Positions 30,992-40,146 of a stretch of DNA of 64,000 nt are shown piece after piece. Source of the stretch: Desulfosudaceae bacterium. GTDB taxonomy: Bacteria; Desulfobacterota; Desulfobacteria; Desulfobacterales; Desulfosudaceae. Numbering within the stretch: position 1 is the stretch's first letter; every line of letters begins with the position of its first letter. Under the pieces are notes generated by a model. The model saw nothing but the letters and a program-made list of their open reading frames with translations, searched no databases and was not told the origin of the DNA. The position numbers and the translations under genes are program-made. The stretch is from contig CAXXDV010000001.1 of assembly GCA_963674745.2 (NCBI GenBank), positions 1,888,001 through 1,952,000 on the forward strand. The letters run 5' to 3'.

Positions 30992-31388
30992 ACGAAAAGA
31001 ACAATCCGTCAACAACATCGATGTGTCCCCTTTGATTGACATGGTGTTTATCCTTTTAATTTTTTTTATGGTGACGACCACGTTTGTCAAAGACATGAAA
31101 CTGGACCTGAACCGTCCCAGCGCGGCGGCCGCTTCAATTATCGATGAAAAGGTGGTCCGGGTGTATATCGATAGCAATCAGGATGCCTTTATCGATAATC
31201 AGCCGATTCAGATATGGGCGATTCAGAGCAAGCTCAGAGACCTGCTGAGAAGTTCCACAAACAAAGCTGTTCTGGTTGTGACCGACACCAATATACCGGT
31301 CGAGGCGCTCATTGATGTTGTGGATGAGTGCTATTTAAGCGGTGCCAGGGATGTGGCGGTATCCACGACCAAGGAACTGGGAGGGTAG
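30981..31388 (+). CDS. exbD: ExbD/TolR
   Basis: IDVSPLIDMVFILLIFFMVTTTF; GTG start overlapping the exbB stop. Confidence 0.9.
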   Translation: MKFRRKEQSVNNIDVSPLIDMVFILLIFFMVTTTFVKDMKLDLNRPSAAAASIIDEKVVRVYIDSNQDAFIDNQPIQIWAIQSKLRDLLRSSTNKAVLVVTDTNIPVEALIDVVDECYLSGARDVAVSTTKELGG

Positions 31389-31393
31389 AACAT

Positions 31394-32038
31394 ATGTCAA
31401 CCAATCGTAAAGGTTCTACACCTCATCATATGGGCGCTTTTTTCTCCATGTTGCTCGGAGGGCTGTTAATGATTCTGCTGGTCGTGTCTTTCAGCAAGAC
31501 GGTCGATCGAAAAGAAGACGTTCTCAAAAAACAGACGCGGATCGTCAAGATGAAAGAAACCAAGAAAAAGGTGACTAAAAAAGAAGCACCAAAGGCCGCG
31601 CCCAAAAAAGTGACAAGAAAAACACCCAAGGCACAGCCGCCCGACCTGACGTCCATCATCGGCGGGATCGCCATGAATATTCCCGAACTCGCTGTGGCGG
31701 ACATTGCCGGTGATGCCAGCGAACTGCTTGACGATATCGCCGAAGATACCATCATGACCGAGGATACGGTCGACAGTAAACCGCAGGTCACGTACCGGGC
31801 TCCGATTGAGTATCCTGAAGAAGCGATAAATAACGGTGTCCAGGGATACGTTGTGGTGCATCTGCTGATCACCAAAGACGGCGGTATTCAGATCGCCAAG
31901 GTGCTTGATTCCGAGCCACAGGGCGTGTTTGACCAGACGGTATTAAACGCGATTCACGACTGGCGGTTTACACCGGCCAGATACAAGGGTGAGCCCGTGC
32001 AGGTATGGGTAAAGCAGAAAATAAGTTTTAACACCTAA
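31394..32038 (+). CDS. tonB: TonB energy transducer
   Basis: TM anchor, Lys/Pro-rich linker, YPEEA..GVQGYV, WRFTPARYKG. Confidence 0.9.
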   Translation: MSTNRKGSTPHHMGAFFSMLLGGLLMILLVVSFSKTVDRKEDVLKKQTRIVKMKETKKKVTKKEAPKAAPKKVTRKTPKAQPPDLTSIIGGIAMNIPELAVADIAGDASELLDDIAEDTIMTEDTVDSKPQVTYRAPIEYPEEAINNGVQGYVVVHLLITKDGGIQIAKVLDSEPQGVFDQTVLNAIHDWRFTPARYKGEPVQVWVKQKISFNT

Positions 32039-32163
32039 AGTTTAACATGCGTCATTTTATCTGCCGGAAATGATCCAAAATTTACTGCACCGTTTAACAA
32101 GAGACTCAGTCATTTGTCGCGATGCGGTTGAATCATGAAACTGTCCGATGATTACGGCGAAAG

Positions 32164-33456
32164 ATGCTAAACAGAGAGACGATCATGAAGATATTCATAT
32201 CAACCATATTACTGATAATATTATTATCCTTTCCGGTGTTCGCTGAAAGTACCGAACAGGATTACGAAGTCGACCATCTGGCCTTAGCGTCGGTCATGAT
32301 ATATGACGGGCGTCTGGACAAAGCAGAGGCGGAATTATCCCAGGTGGACACATCCGGCGAAACCTTTGACGCGGCCCGGTATTACACCATCCGGGGTGTG
32401 CTTGATGCCAAAAAAGGCCGATATGAGAGTGCCATTGGAAACTACACCAGGGCCATCCGGGAAACCGAAGAAAAAACATTTTCGCCTCCCGAGAAAAATA
32501 TAAAGATGAACTATCTGTTTTCCATTGGAAAAAGTGAACAGGAAAACGTACCTGAACCGACTTTTGACGCCGAAAAAATTAAAAAAGAGAAAATAGAAAA
32601 ACTGTATCTGTACCTCTCTCAAGCTTATTATAAAATCCAGGATTATGCCAATACCGTTAAATCGCTTGACCTGGCCGGCGCCAGGGGCAGAGACCGGGCC
32701 ATGCTTTTTGCCCTGCGTGCGGAATGCTACTGGAAGCTGGAACAGTATAGTGGGGCCATCCAGGCACTAAACAAGGGTCTGTCGCTTTTCCCGAAAGATC
32801 CCACCCTGCTTCAGCAGAAATATTATTATTTTGCGGAAAAAGGGATGTACCAGGCCGCCATTGCCTGCGCCAACGAATATATGACGGTAATTGATGCTGA
32901 TGACAAAGCCTATATTATCCTGGCACAACTCCTGCTCGAGGCGGAACAGCCGGATGAGGCGATTAAAATACTCGAAAAGGCAAAAGCCAAATTCCCCGAC
33001 AGCGCCAATGTTGATATGTTGCTCGGTCATGTTTATATGAAAAAAGACATGAACCACACTGCCGCCTTTCTTTTTAAAGAAGGCGCCTACAATGACAAAA
33101 AATATCTCAAAGATGCGGTGGAGATGCACCGTAGAATTAAGGATTATTCCCACGCCATTTATTTAAACACCCAGATGAGTGATGCGGTGGAAAAACTGAA
33201 ACAGAAAGTGGCCATTTACCTGGATCGGGGTGAATATGAAAAGGTGATCGGCCTTGAAGACGACCTGGAAAGATACAATATCCTGGAAGATGATAACCTG
33301 CGCTACGCGCTTGCTTATTCGTACTATATGGCAAGGGATTTCGCGAATGCCGAGTTGCATATCAAACAGATCCAGGTGAACGCCCTGTTCGTCAAAGGCA
33401 CCGTCATTCTGAGGAATATTGAAAGGTGCCGGGAAAATATGATGGAGTGCTTTTAA
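32164..33456 (+). CDS. Exported TPR protein
   Basis: Signal peptide and multiple TPR-like helical pairs (YLSQAYY, LGHVY). Confidence 0.8.
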   Translation: MLNRETIMKIFISTILLIILLSFPVFAESTEQDYEVDHLALASVMIYDGRLDKAEAELSQVDTSGETFDAARYYTIRGVLDAKKGRYESAIGNYTRAIRETEEKTFSPPEKNIKMNYLFSIGKSEQENVPEPTFDAEKIKKEKIEKLYLYLSQAYYKIQDYANTVKSLDLAGARGRDRAMLFALRAECYWKLEQYSGAIQALNKGLSLFPKDPTLLQQKYYYFAEKGMYQAAIACANEYMTVIDADDKAYIILAQLLLEAEQPDEAIKILEKAKAKFPDSANVDMLLGHVYMKKDMNHTAAFLFKEGAYNDKKYLKDAVEMHRRIKDYSHAIYLNTQMSDAVEKLKQKVAIYLDRGEYEKVIGLEDDLERYNILEDDNLRYALAYSYYMARDFANAELHIKQIQVNALFVKGTVILRNIERCRENMMECF

Positions 33457-36400
33457 ATGAAACTATTACGCAGGTTCTGGTTTTTAATCATACTCTTATT
33501 ATTAACGCCGGCGGCCTTTTCAGCCGATGAAAGCGGCAGTATCAGTGTGTTTGTCTTTTCCGCGGGCAAACCCCTGGCCGATATCGAAATCCTGGTTGAC
33601 GGAGACGCGTCGTACCGGACGGACGCGGACGGCTCTCAAAAAATTGTATTACCGGGCGGCATGCATCAGATCGAAGTCTTCGGCAAAAGGCAGGACGGGC
33701 AAAACCTGGGTTATATCAAAAAGACCGCTGAAATAAAAAACGGTAAAGACACACAAATGCTGGTCCGGTTTGTATCGGATGATGATGATCTGATCACGAT
33801 CGACACGCCGTTGGAAGGTAAGTCAACGGCACTTACGAAGGCCGATGGAAAAGCGTTTCTTTACGGGACAATTCTCTCCAGCGAAACGAATAAACCGGTT
33901 TTAAACGCCAGGGTGTTTGTCAAGGGGACCTCCGTGGATGCCCGGACAAATGAAGACGGCTCCTTTCAGATTGAGGTGCCGGCCAATGTCCCCCTGAGCA
34001 TTTCTCTAGTCCATTCTGAGTACAGCTCACATACCCTCAAGAACGTCATTTTTTTGAATGACGAACATGTTGCCAAAGAGTTCAGGCTGTCCCCCGCCAG
34101 CCTGGAACTGGAAGAGTTTGTCGTGCTGGCGCCACAAGTAAAAGGCAGTATCGCCAGTATTGTTGCCGAAGAGAAAACGACGCATTCAATTTCCAATATT
34201 TTAAGCTCAGAGGAATTCGGCAAAAAGGGTGACAGCTCCGCGGCCGCAGCATTAAAACGGGTGACCGGCGTTACGCTCATCGGCGGCAAGGATGTTTACG
34301 TGCGGGGACTTGGCGAACGGTATTCCAATATTGAAATGAATTCCATGCCGCTGCCGTCACCAAATCCGCTGAAAAAAGCCGTGCCGCTGGACATTTTTCC
34401 GGGCGGGGCCATCAGTTCAATGAAAGTACAGAAAAGCGCTTCAGCCGATATCCCCAGCAGTTTCGGCGGGGGATACATTGACATCCGGACCAAAGACAGT
34501 TCCAGAAAAGAGGATTACATTAAGGTTTCAGTAGAAGCCAAAGGGAATACCGATATCGGTGATGATATGCTCACCTACGAGGGCAGCGATACGGATATGT
34601 TCGGTTTTGACGATGGCTACCGCGAGATTGACGATAATATTCTGAACAACTCCCGGGTGACCCCGGGGGAAAGAGTTGCCGGGCTGACGCTGGATAACTT
34701 TTCCGAAGAAGAACTCTCACAATTGACACAGGACTATGTTAACAGAGACTATGATGTGGACACGGAAGAACAGCCGCCCGGGTTTGCCCTGGGTGCTGAG
34801 GGCGCCAAGGCTTTTGATCTGGCTGACCGTCACCATTTTACCCTTTTCGGCAATTATAAATATGAAACCGAATCACAGTCCAGAATCGAAACCTATAAAA
34901 ATTATAATATGCAGAAAAGTACGGGTCGGCTTTATCAAGACGCTTCACAGCAAGGCACGATCGACAAATCGATTACCGATTATGCCCATAGTCTGTTGTT
35001 CAACCTGGGCTATAACTACAATCATCTTTTCAATTTGAAGTACACCAAGTTGTTCACCCATAACGCTGAAAAAGTGACAAGGGTAGTTGACGGCATAATG
35101 GGGTCAAACGATGAAGACATGACCAAGTACTTCCTGGACTGGGAAGAGCGTACGATGAACGTCGATCAGTTAAACGGAGACTTTAATTATTCGCTTTATG
35201 GCCATGAAAACAATTTTACATTCGGGCTGGAATTGGCCCAGGCCGAACTTTACCAGCCCAACAACTACCAGTATACTTTCAGAAATGAAGGCGAACCGTT
35301 TCTTGACCATAAAATTTCAAACGACATCGCCAATAATCTTGAATCAACCGATGACCTGCTGGCTTTTTACCTGAAAAATAAATTTCATTTTAACCTGCTC
35401 AGTCAGGACGACTACATTGATATCGGCTTTTCAACCAGTTCAAAAGAGCGTGAATCAAAACAAAACAAATTCTTTCTGCAAAAAATCGGTGCCGGATCAA
35501 TTGTCGATGATCAGGACATGACCGGTACAATCGAAGAAATATATGATACCTATGTCCGTGCAGATATCCCTTATATTAAAAGAAGCCTGCTGGTCAACCA
35601 GCTGTTCAAACCGGCCGACCATTATGACGCTGATGTCGATGAAACAGACTTTTACGTCAACGCATTCTTTAAACCAGACGAAAAAATTGAAGTGCTTTTC
35701 GGCGCCCGGTCCTTTGATTTTTCACAGACGGTCTATCAATATGAGGAAGATCGTGACAACCCGGATATGTCAAAAAGGCGATTAATCGCGAAAGTACCTG
35801 AAAAGCTGGCCGTAAGTGATATATACCCGAGCCTGGCGGTAAAATACCTCTATAACAAAGATAATATATTTGATATCGCTCTTTCTAAAACATACATCAC
35901 GCCTGACTTGAGAGAGTTTACCAGCGGTGAATACTTTCATCCCTATGAAGTCGCCACGATCGTCGGGAACCCGGAGCTGACCAACACCGACATCTACAGT
36001 ATTGACCTTAAATACGGCCATTATTTTTCTGATACGCAAAACATCAAGTTCGGCCTGTTTTACAAATATCTCGATAAACCCATTGAGGATGTCATGCTGC
36101 CGTCCTCCTCTTTGCCGATATACTCTTTTGACAACTCGGATTCAGCCGTCCTTTATGGCCTGGAGATAGACGGCCGCAAAGACCTCTCTTTCATCAGTAA
36201 AATTTTGAAGGATTACTACATATCCGGAAACGTGTCTTTTACAGAGTCTGAAGTAACGCTGACCAAAGAGCAGGAAGATATTTACAGCACCAATAACAGA
36301 GAGCTTCAGGGCCTGTCTCCTGTCGTCGTCAATATCACCCTGGGATATGAGATTAAGAAGAGAAGCATCACCCTTTCATACAACAAAATGGGTGAGCGGA

Positions 36401-36630
36401 TCCGAAAAGTCGGCATGATTGACGACGGAAATTACTATCCCGATCATTATGAAGACCCCGCGGCCTTACTGGATTTTGTCTGGATCGAGAAATTCAGGAA
36501 CAACATTGACCTCAAACTCAAAGTAGGGAACATTCTGCGGGGAGAAACCGTCTGGACACAGGACGGCAGAGAAACCCTTGCATACAAGCTTCCCACGACG
36601 TTCAGCCTGGGGGTATCATATTCTTTTTAA
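33457..36630 (+). CDS. TonB-dependent receptor with N-terminal carboxypeptidase-regulatory-like domains
   Basis: GDSSAAAALKRVTGV, VYVRGLGERYS plug, PDLRE, GNPEL, C-terminal YSF. Confidence 0.92.
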   Translation: MKLLRRFWFLIILLLLTPAAFSADESGSISVFVFSAGKPLADIEILVDGDASYRTDADGSQKIVLPGGMHQIEVFGKRQDGQNLGYIKKTAEIKNGKDTQMLVRFVSDDDDLITIDTPLEGKSTALTKADGKAFLYGTILSSETNKPVLNARVFVKGTSVDARTNEDGSFQIEVPANVPLSISLVHSEYSSHTLKNVIFLNDEHVAKEFRLSPASLELEEFVVLAPQVKGSIASIVAEEKTTHSISNILSSEEFGKKGDSSAAAALKRVTGVTLIGGKDVYVRGLGERYSNIEMNSMPLPSPNPLKKAVPLDIFPGGAISSMKVQKSASADIPSSFGGGYIDIRTKDSSRKEDYIKVSVEAKGNTDIGDDMLTYEGSDTDMFGFDDGYREIDDNILNNSRVTPGERVAGLTLDNFSEEELSQLTQDYVNRDYDVDTEEQPPGFALGAEGAKAFDLADRHHFTLFGNYKYETESQSRIETYKNYNMQKSTGRLYQDASQQGTIDKSITDYAHSLLFNLGYNYNHLFNLKYTKLFTHNAEKVTRVVDGIMGSNDEDMTKYFLDWEERTMNVDQLNGDFNYSLYGHENNFTFGLELAQAELYQPNNYQYTFRNEGEPFLDHKISNDIANNLESTDDLLAFYLKNKFHFNLLSQDDYIDIGFSTSSKERESKQNKFFLQKIGAGSIVDDQDMTGTIEEIYDTYVRADIPYIKRSLLVNQLFKPADHYDADVDETDFYVNAFFKPDEKIEVLFGARSFDFSQTVYQYEEDRDNPDMSKRRLIAKVPEKLAVSDIYPSLAVKYLYNKDNIFDIALSKTYITPDLREFTSGEYFHPYEVATIVGNPELTNTDIYSIDLKYGHYFSDTQNIKFGLFYKYLDKPIEDVMLPSSSLPIYSFDNSDSAVLYGLEIDGRKDLSFISKILKDYYISGNVSFTESEVTLTKEQEDIYSTNNRELQGLSPVVVNITLGYEIKKRSITLSYNKMGERIRKVGMIDDGNYYPDHYEDPAALLDFVWIEKFRNNIDLKLKVGNILRGETVWTQDGRETLAYKLPTTFSLGVSYSF

Positions 36631-36646
36631 ACATGGACTTGTCTGA

Positions 36647-37078
36647 ATGAGAATCCTTTTTCTGTGTACCGGTAATTCCTGCCGCAGTCAGATGGCTTAA
36701 GGGTGGGCTAAGTCTTTAAAATCGGATACCATCGAAGCACACTCGGCCGGTATTGAAAAACACGGCCTCAATCCCCTGGCTGTGAGGGCCATGAAAGAGG
36801 CCGGTGTTGATATTACCCGTCAAGCATCTAAAACAATTGCCGAACTACCGGAACATACCTTCGATTATGTGATCACGCTGTGCGGACATGCCAATGAGAC
36901 ATGTCCTGTGTTTTTCGGCCCGGCCAAAAGGGTTCATGTCGGCTTTGATGATCCCCCGGGCCTGGCTAAAGATGCCGGCAGCGAAGAGGAAGCCATGTTT
37001 CACTATCGTCGGGTGCGCGATGAAATTCGTGCATTTGTTGAACAATTACCCGAAAGTCTTCCAGATGAGGATAATTGA
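36647..37078 (+). pseudogene. arsC: Arsenate reductase ArsC (LMW-PTP/thioredoxin type) with one internal stop
   Basis: MRILFLCTGNSCRSQMA*GWAK...; TAA at 36698-36700 where Glu (GAA) is expected; remainder in frame with ITLCGHANETCP, FDDP. Confidence 0.9.
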
Positions 37079-37354
37079 TCGATTCGACCGTGTTGTTGGT
37101 GTCTTGCTTTTACCTTGTTTACGCGCCGGCACATACGGGTAGAAGTTTTTAATTTCAGCTGTTTCCTTCCAGGATTTTGAATGTTTCCGTTAGACCCAGG
37201 TGTCATAAGTCAAATTTCTGTGTGTGAATCATGTGTGAAAATTTTTCTAAAATCAGCTAAAATGTGTAAAATTGATAAGAATTTGGAATTTGATAATTCA
37301 ATAATTCCAGTTTCCAATAAATTTTGAGGAGGTTAGGAAACCCAGAGGTTCTAA

Positions 37355-37401
37355 TTCCTAATCCATGTGCCGCAAGTTCGATTCTTGCCGGGGGCACCAC
37401 C
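37355..37401 (+). repeat. 3' half of tRNA-Arg(CCT), att-site direct repeat 1
   Basis: TTCCTAATCCATGTGCCGCAAGTTCGATTCTTGCCGGGGGCACCA: anticodon loop, T-arm and CCA; no 5' acceptor strand or D-arm upstream. Confidence 0.85.
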
Positions 37402-37609
37402 TTTTCATTAAGGTCTTTTCTTGACTTTAAGCCGCAAGAGTACAAATTTAACATTGTAAGTTATTTTTGTTCAGCCAGGAGGCTTCTCTTATCCTGTATT
37501 ATTTTCTTGGTATTGTGCTTAAGTTTTGCCCGTCAGAAACAAATTTGCGCTTGACAAGTATTCTTGGCATTGTTATTATCCATGCAAATCAGGAAATATG
37601 GTTATTTAT

Positions 37610-38755
37610 ATGCATGGATATGTCGGCAGGCTTATAGAGAAGAAAATATCCCAGGCACTGGCACGTTCTCCAGCTGTAGCGATTCTCGGCCCCAGGCAAT
37701 GTGGTAAGTCAACTACCGCCAGGCAATTGCTTGACAGCATCCCTTCAGTATATATTGATTTGCAGGATCGAACTGATCGCAACAAACTGGCAGAGCCTGA
37801 GCTTTTTTTTGAGCATCATCGCGATAAGCTTATCTGCCTTGATGAGATTCAGCGACTGCCGGAGTTCTTTTCAATACTGCGCTCTGAAATTGATAAGGAT
37901 CGCAGGCCGGGACGGTTTTTAATTTTAGGTTCAGCTTCCCGTGATCTTATCAAACAATCAACTGAGTCCCTGGCAGGCCGCATAGCCTATATTGATCTTA
38001 CGCCATTTTTGCTGAAAGAAGTTGAACGTGTTTCATCGTGGTCTGATCTGTGGTTTCGAGGCGGTTTCCCTGAAAGCCTTCTTGCCGCTGATGATCAGGA
38101 CAGCTTTGAATGGCGTCGCGATTTTATTCGGACATTCATGGAGCGTGATATTCCCAATCTGGGCTTTGCAATACCGGTGCCGGTTATAGAGCGATTATGG
38201 TTGCTGACAGCGCACTATCACGGGCAGACAATAAACTACAGCAAACTTGCTGCTGCAGCGGATCTTTCTATTCCTACCCTGAAAAAATATCTGGCCATTC
38301 TGGAACAAACCTATATGGTCAGAATGCTGCAGCCGTATTCGACAAATCTTAAAAAAAGAATAGTCAAATCCCCCAAGATTTATCTTCGTGACAGCGGTGT
38401 CCTTCATGCCCTCCTTGATATAGAAGCGTATGATTATCTGCTGTCAAATCCCATTGCCGGGGCCTCCTGGGAGGGGTATGTGATTGAGAATATTATCGCA
38501 CTGCATGATCGTTGGAGGCCGTCATTCTTACGCACTTCCAATGGTGCTGAAATAGATTTGATGCTGGAAAAGTCCGGGCGGCTTCGTGTTTTTGAATGCA
38601 AGCTGTCTAAAGCGCCGAAACCCTCACGGGGTTTTCATGAACTGATAGATCGTTTGCAACCGGAATCAGCCCGGGTTATCGCACCTGTTGACGAGCCCTT
38701 TGAAATAAAAAAGAATATAGTTGTCTGTTCGCCAATTCATTTGGATAAGATTTAA
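37610..38755 (+). CDS. AAA+ ATPase (AAA_14) with DUF4143 domain
   Basis: GPRQCGKST, LDEIQ, LGSAS, ESLAGRI, GGFPE, KSPKIYLRDSG, EIDL..E.K. Confidence 0.9.
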   Translation: MHGYVGRLIEKKISQALARSPAVAILGPRQCGKSTTARQLLDSIPSVYIDLQDRTDRNKLAEPELFFEHHRDKLICLDEIQRLPEFFSILRSEIDKDRRPGRFLILGSASRDLIKQSTESLAGRIAYIDLTPFLLKEVERVSSWSDLWFRGGFPESLLAADDQDSFEWRRDFIRTFMERDIPNLGFAIPVPVIERLWLLTAHYHGQTINYSKLAAAADLSIPTLKKYLAILEQTYMVRMLQPYSTNLKKRIVKSPKIYLRDSGVLHALLDIEAYDYLLSNPIAGASWEGYVIENIIALHDRWRPSFLRTSNGAEIDLMLEKSGRLRVFECKLSKAPKPSRGFHELIDRLQPESARVIAPVDEPFEIKKNIVVCSPIHLDKI

Positions 38756-38762
38756 TAGCGTC

Positions 38763-39725
38763 CTAATTAACCTTAAGATCCTTAAACGATTCTAAAAGAT
38801 CGCTATTGCCCGGATATTTCTGAAGCATCTCTATCAGCTTTTCCATAGCGGTAACCGTATCCATCGTTGCCATTACCCGGTACAATATTTCAAGGCGCCG
38901 GAATGCTTCCGGTTCAAACAAAAGCTCAGCACGCCGGGTGCCGCTCTTTAACACATCGATTGCCGGAAACACTCTCTTCTCTGCCAATTTTTTTGAGAGC
39001 ACCAGTTCCATATTACCCGTGCCTTTAAATTCTTCAAAAATAACATTATCCATAGCACTACCGGTATCGACCAGAATCGTCGCAATGATAGTTATAGAAC
39101 CCAGGCCTTCTATATTACGGGCAGCTCCAAAGATACGGCGCGGCACTTCAAGTGCGCCAGCACCCACTCCTCCGGAAAGCGTACGCCCGCCATTTCGGTG
39201 CTGTGCGTTATGTACCCGCGCCAGACGTGTAAGAGAATCAAGCAATATCATCACATTCTGCCCGGAAGCAGCTTCCTTAAAAGCGTCTGCCATAACCTCA
39301 TCGGCAACCGCAATATGGTTTTTCTGACTATGATCCATAGACGAAGAATATACTCTGGCATCCACGCTGCGCGTAAAATCAGTCACCTCCTCGGGACGCT
39401 CATCGACAAGTGCGCAATAAACCTTCATGTCAGGATAACCGTTTGTTACCGCATTACAAATGTTCTTTAACAGGGTCGTTTTGCCCACGCCTGGTGATGA
39501 TACCACAAGCGCACGCTGTCCCATCCCGATCGGACAGATAAGATCAAGCGCACGGACGGACAGGTCATCGCTGCCCTTCTCAAAAACAATGCGTTGATCC
39601 GGGTTTATTGCCGTACCGGCAAGAAATTTTTTCTCATCAGCTGAAATGACCCTGCGCGCCGACGCATTTGAACGTTTTTGCGGTCGTGGTTTCCCACGCC
39701 GCGAATTTAAACCAACCGAACGCAT
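38763..39725 (-). CDS. Rho-like RecA-fold ATPase lacking the N-terminal RNA-binding domain
   Basis: PIGMGQR, SPGVGKT, DERPEEVTD, LLDSLTRLAR, GRTLSGG, EEFKGTGNMEL, SGTRRAELL; only 320 aa; RBS TAAGGAG. Confidence 0.85.
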   Translation of the reverse strand: MRSVGLNSRRGKPRPQKRSNASARRVISADEKKFLAGTAINPDQRIVFEKGSDDLSVRALDLICPIGMGQRALVVSSPGVGKTTLLKNICNAVTNGYPDMKVYCALVDERPEEVTDFTRSVDARVYSSSMDHSQKNHIAVADEVMADAFKEAASGQNVMILLDSLTRLARVHNAQHRNGGRTLSGGVGAGALEVPRRIFGAARNIEGLGSITIIATILVDTGSAMDNVIFEEFKGTGNMELVLSKKLAEKRVFPAIDVLKSGTRRAELLFEPEAFRRLEILYRVMATMDTVTAMEKLIEMLQKYPGNSDLLESFKDLKVN

Positions 39726-39996
39726 ACATGCTCCTTACTTTTTTGATTTTTAATAGCAGGTCTTTATCCTGTAAAATACAAAACCGCAGATACTGTAAAA
39801 AACAGCCGTATTATGAGTTGAGACTGAGAAAAGACTCAAAAGCTCATCAGATTTTGGGGAAAAGATAGATGATTACGTTTTACAGTTTTGTAGTTTTATA
39901 TTAATTCAAATTGTGACTGTCAGAACCTATAGTAAAAAAATTGCAGTGATTCATTGTACTATAATTTCTAAAAATTTCAATGCATTCGAATTCCCC

Positions 39997-40043
39997 TTCC
40001 TGATCCATGTGCCGCAAGTTCGATTCTTGCCGGGGGCACCACC
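39997..40043 (+). repeat. 3' half of tRNA-Arg(CCT), att-site direct repeat 2
   Basis: 47-bp copy of 37355-37401 with one mismatch (A>G); no 5' half. Confidence 0.85.
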
Positions 40044-40146
40044 CAATAAAGGCAGATGCAAGCGTGAAATAAATATCTCTGCCGCTGTGTGGCTCTCACC
40101 TCGAGTAACAGGCATACTGATGGTTGGTGCTGGGGCCCTTTTAGCT

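Noticed and set aside
36698..36700. Stop-codon recoding in arsC
   Set aside because: The codon is TAA at a Glu position, and TAA is used as a normal stop throughout the window.
37330..37401. Intact tRNA gene (also at 39970-40043)
   Set aside because: Only anticodon loop to CCA is present, with no complementary 5' acceptor strand or D-arm; treated as att repeats.
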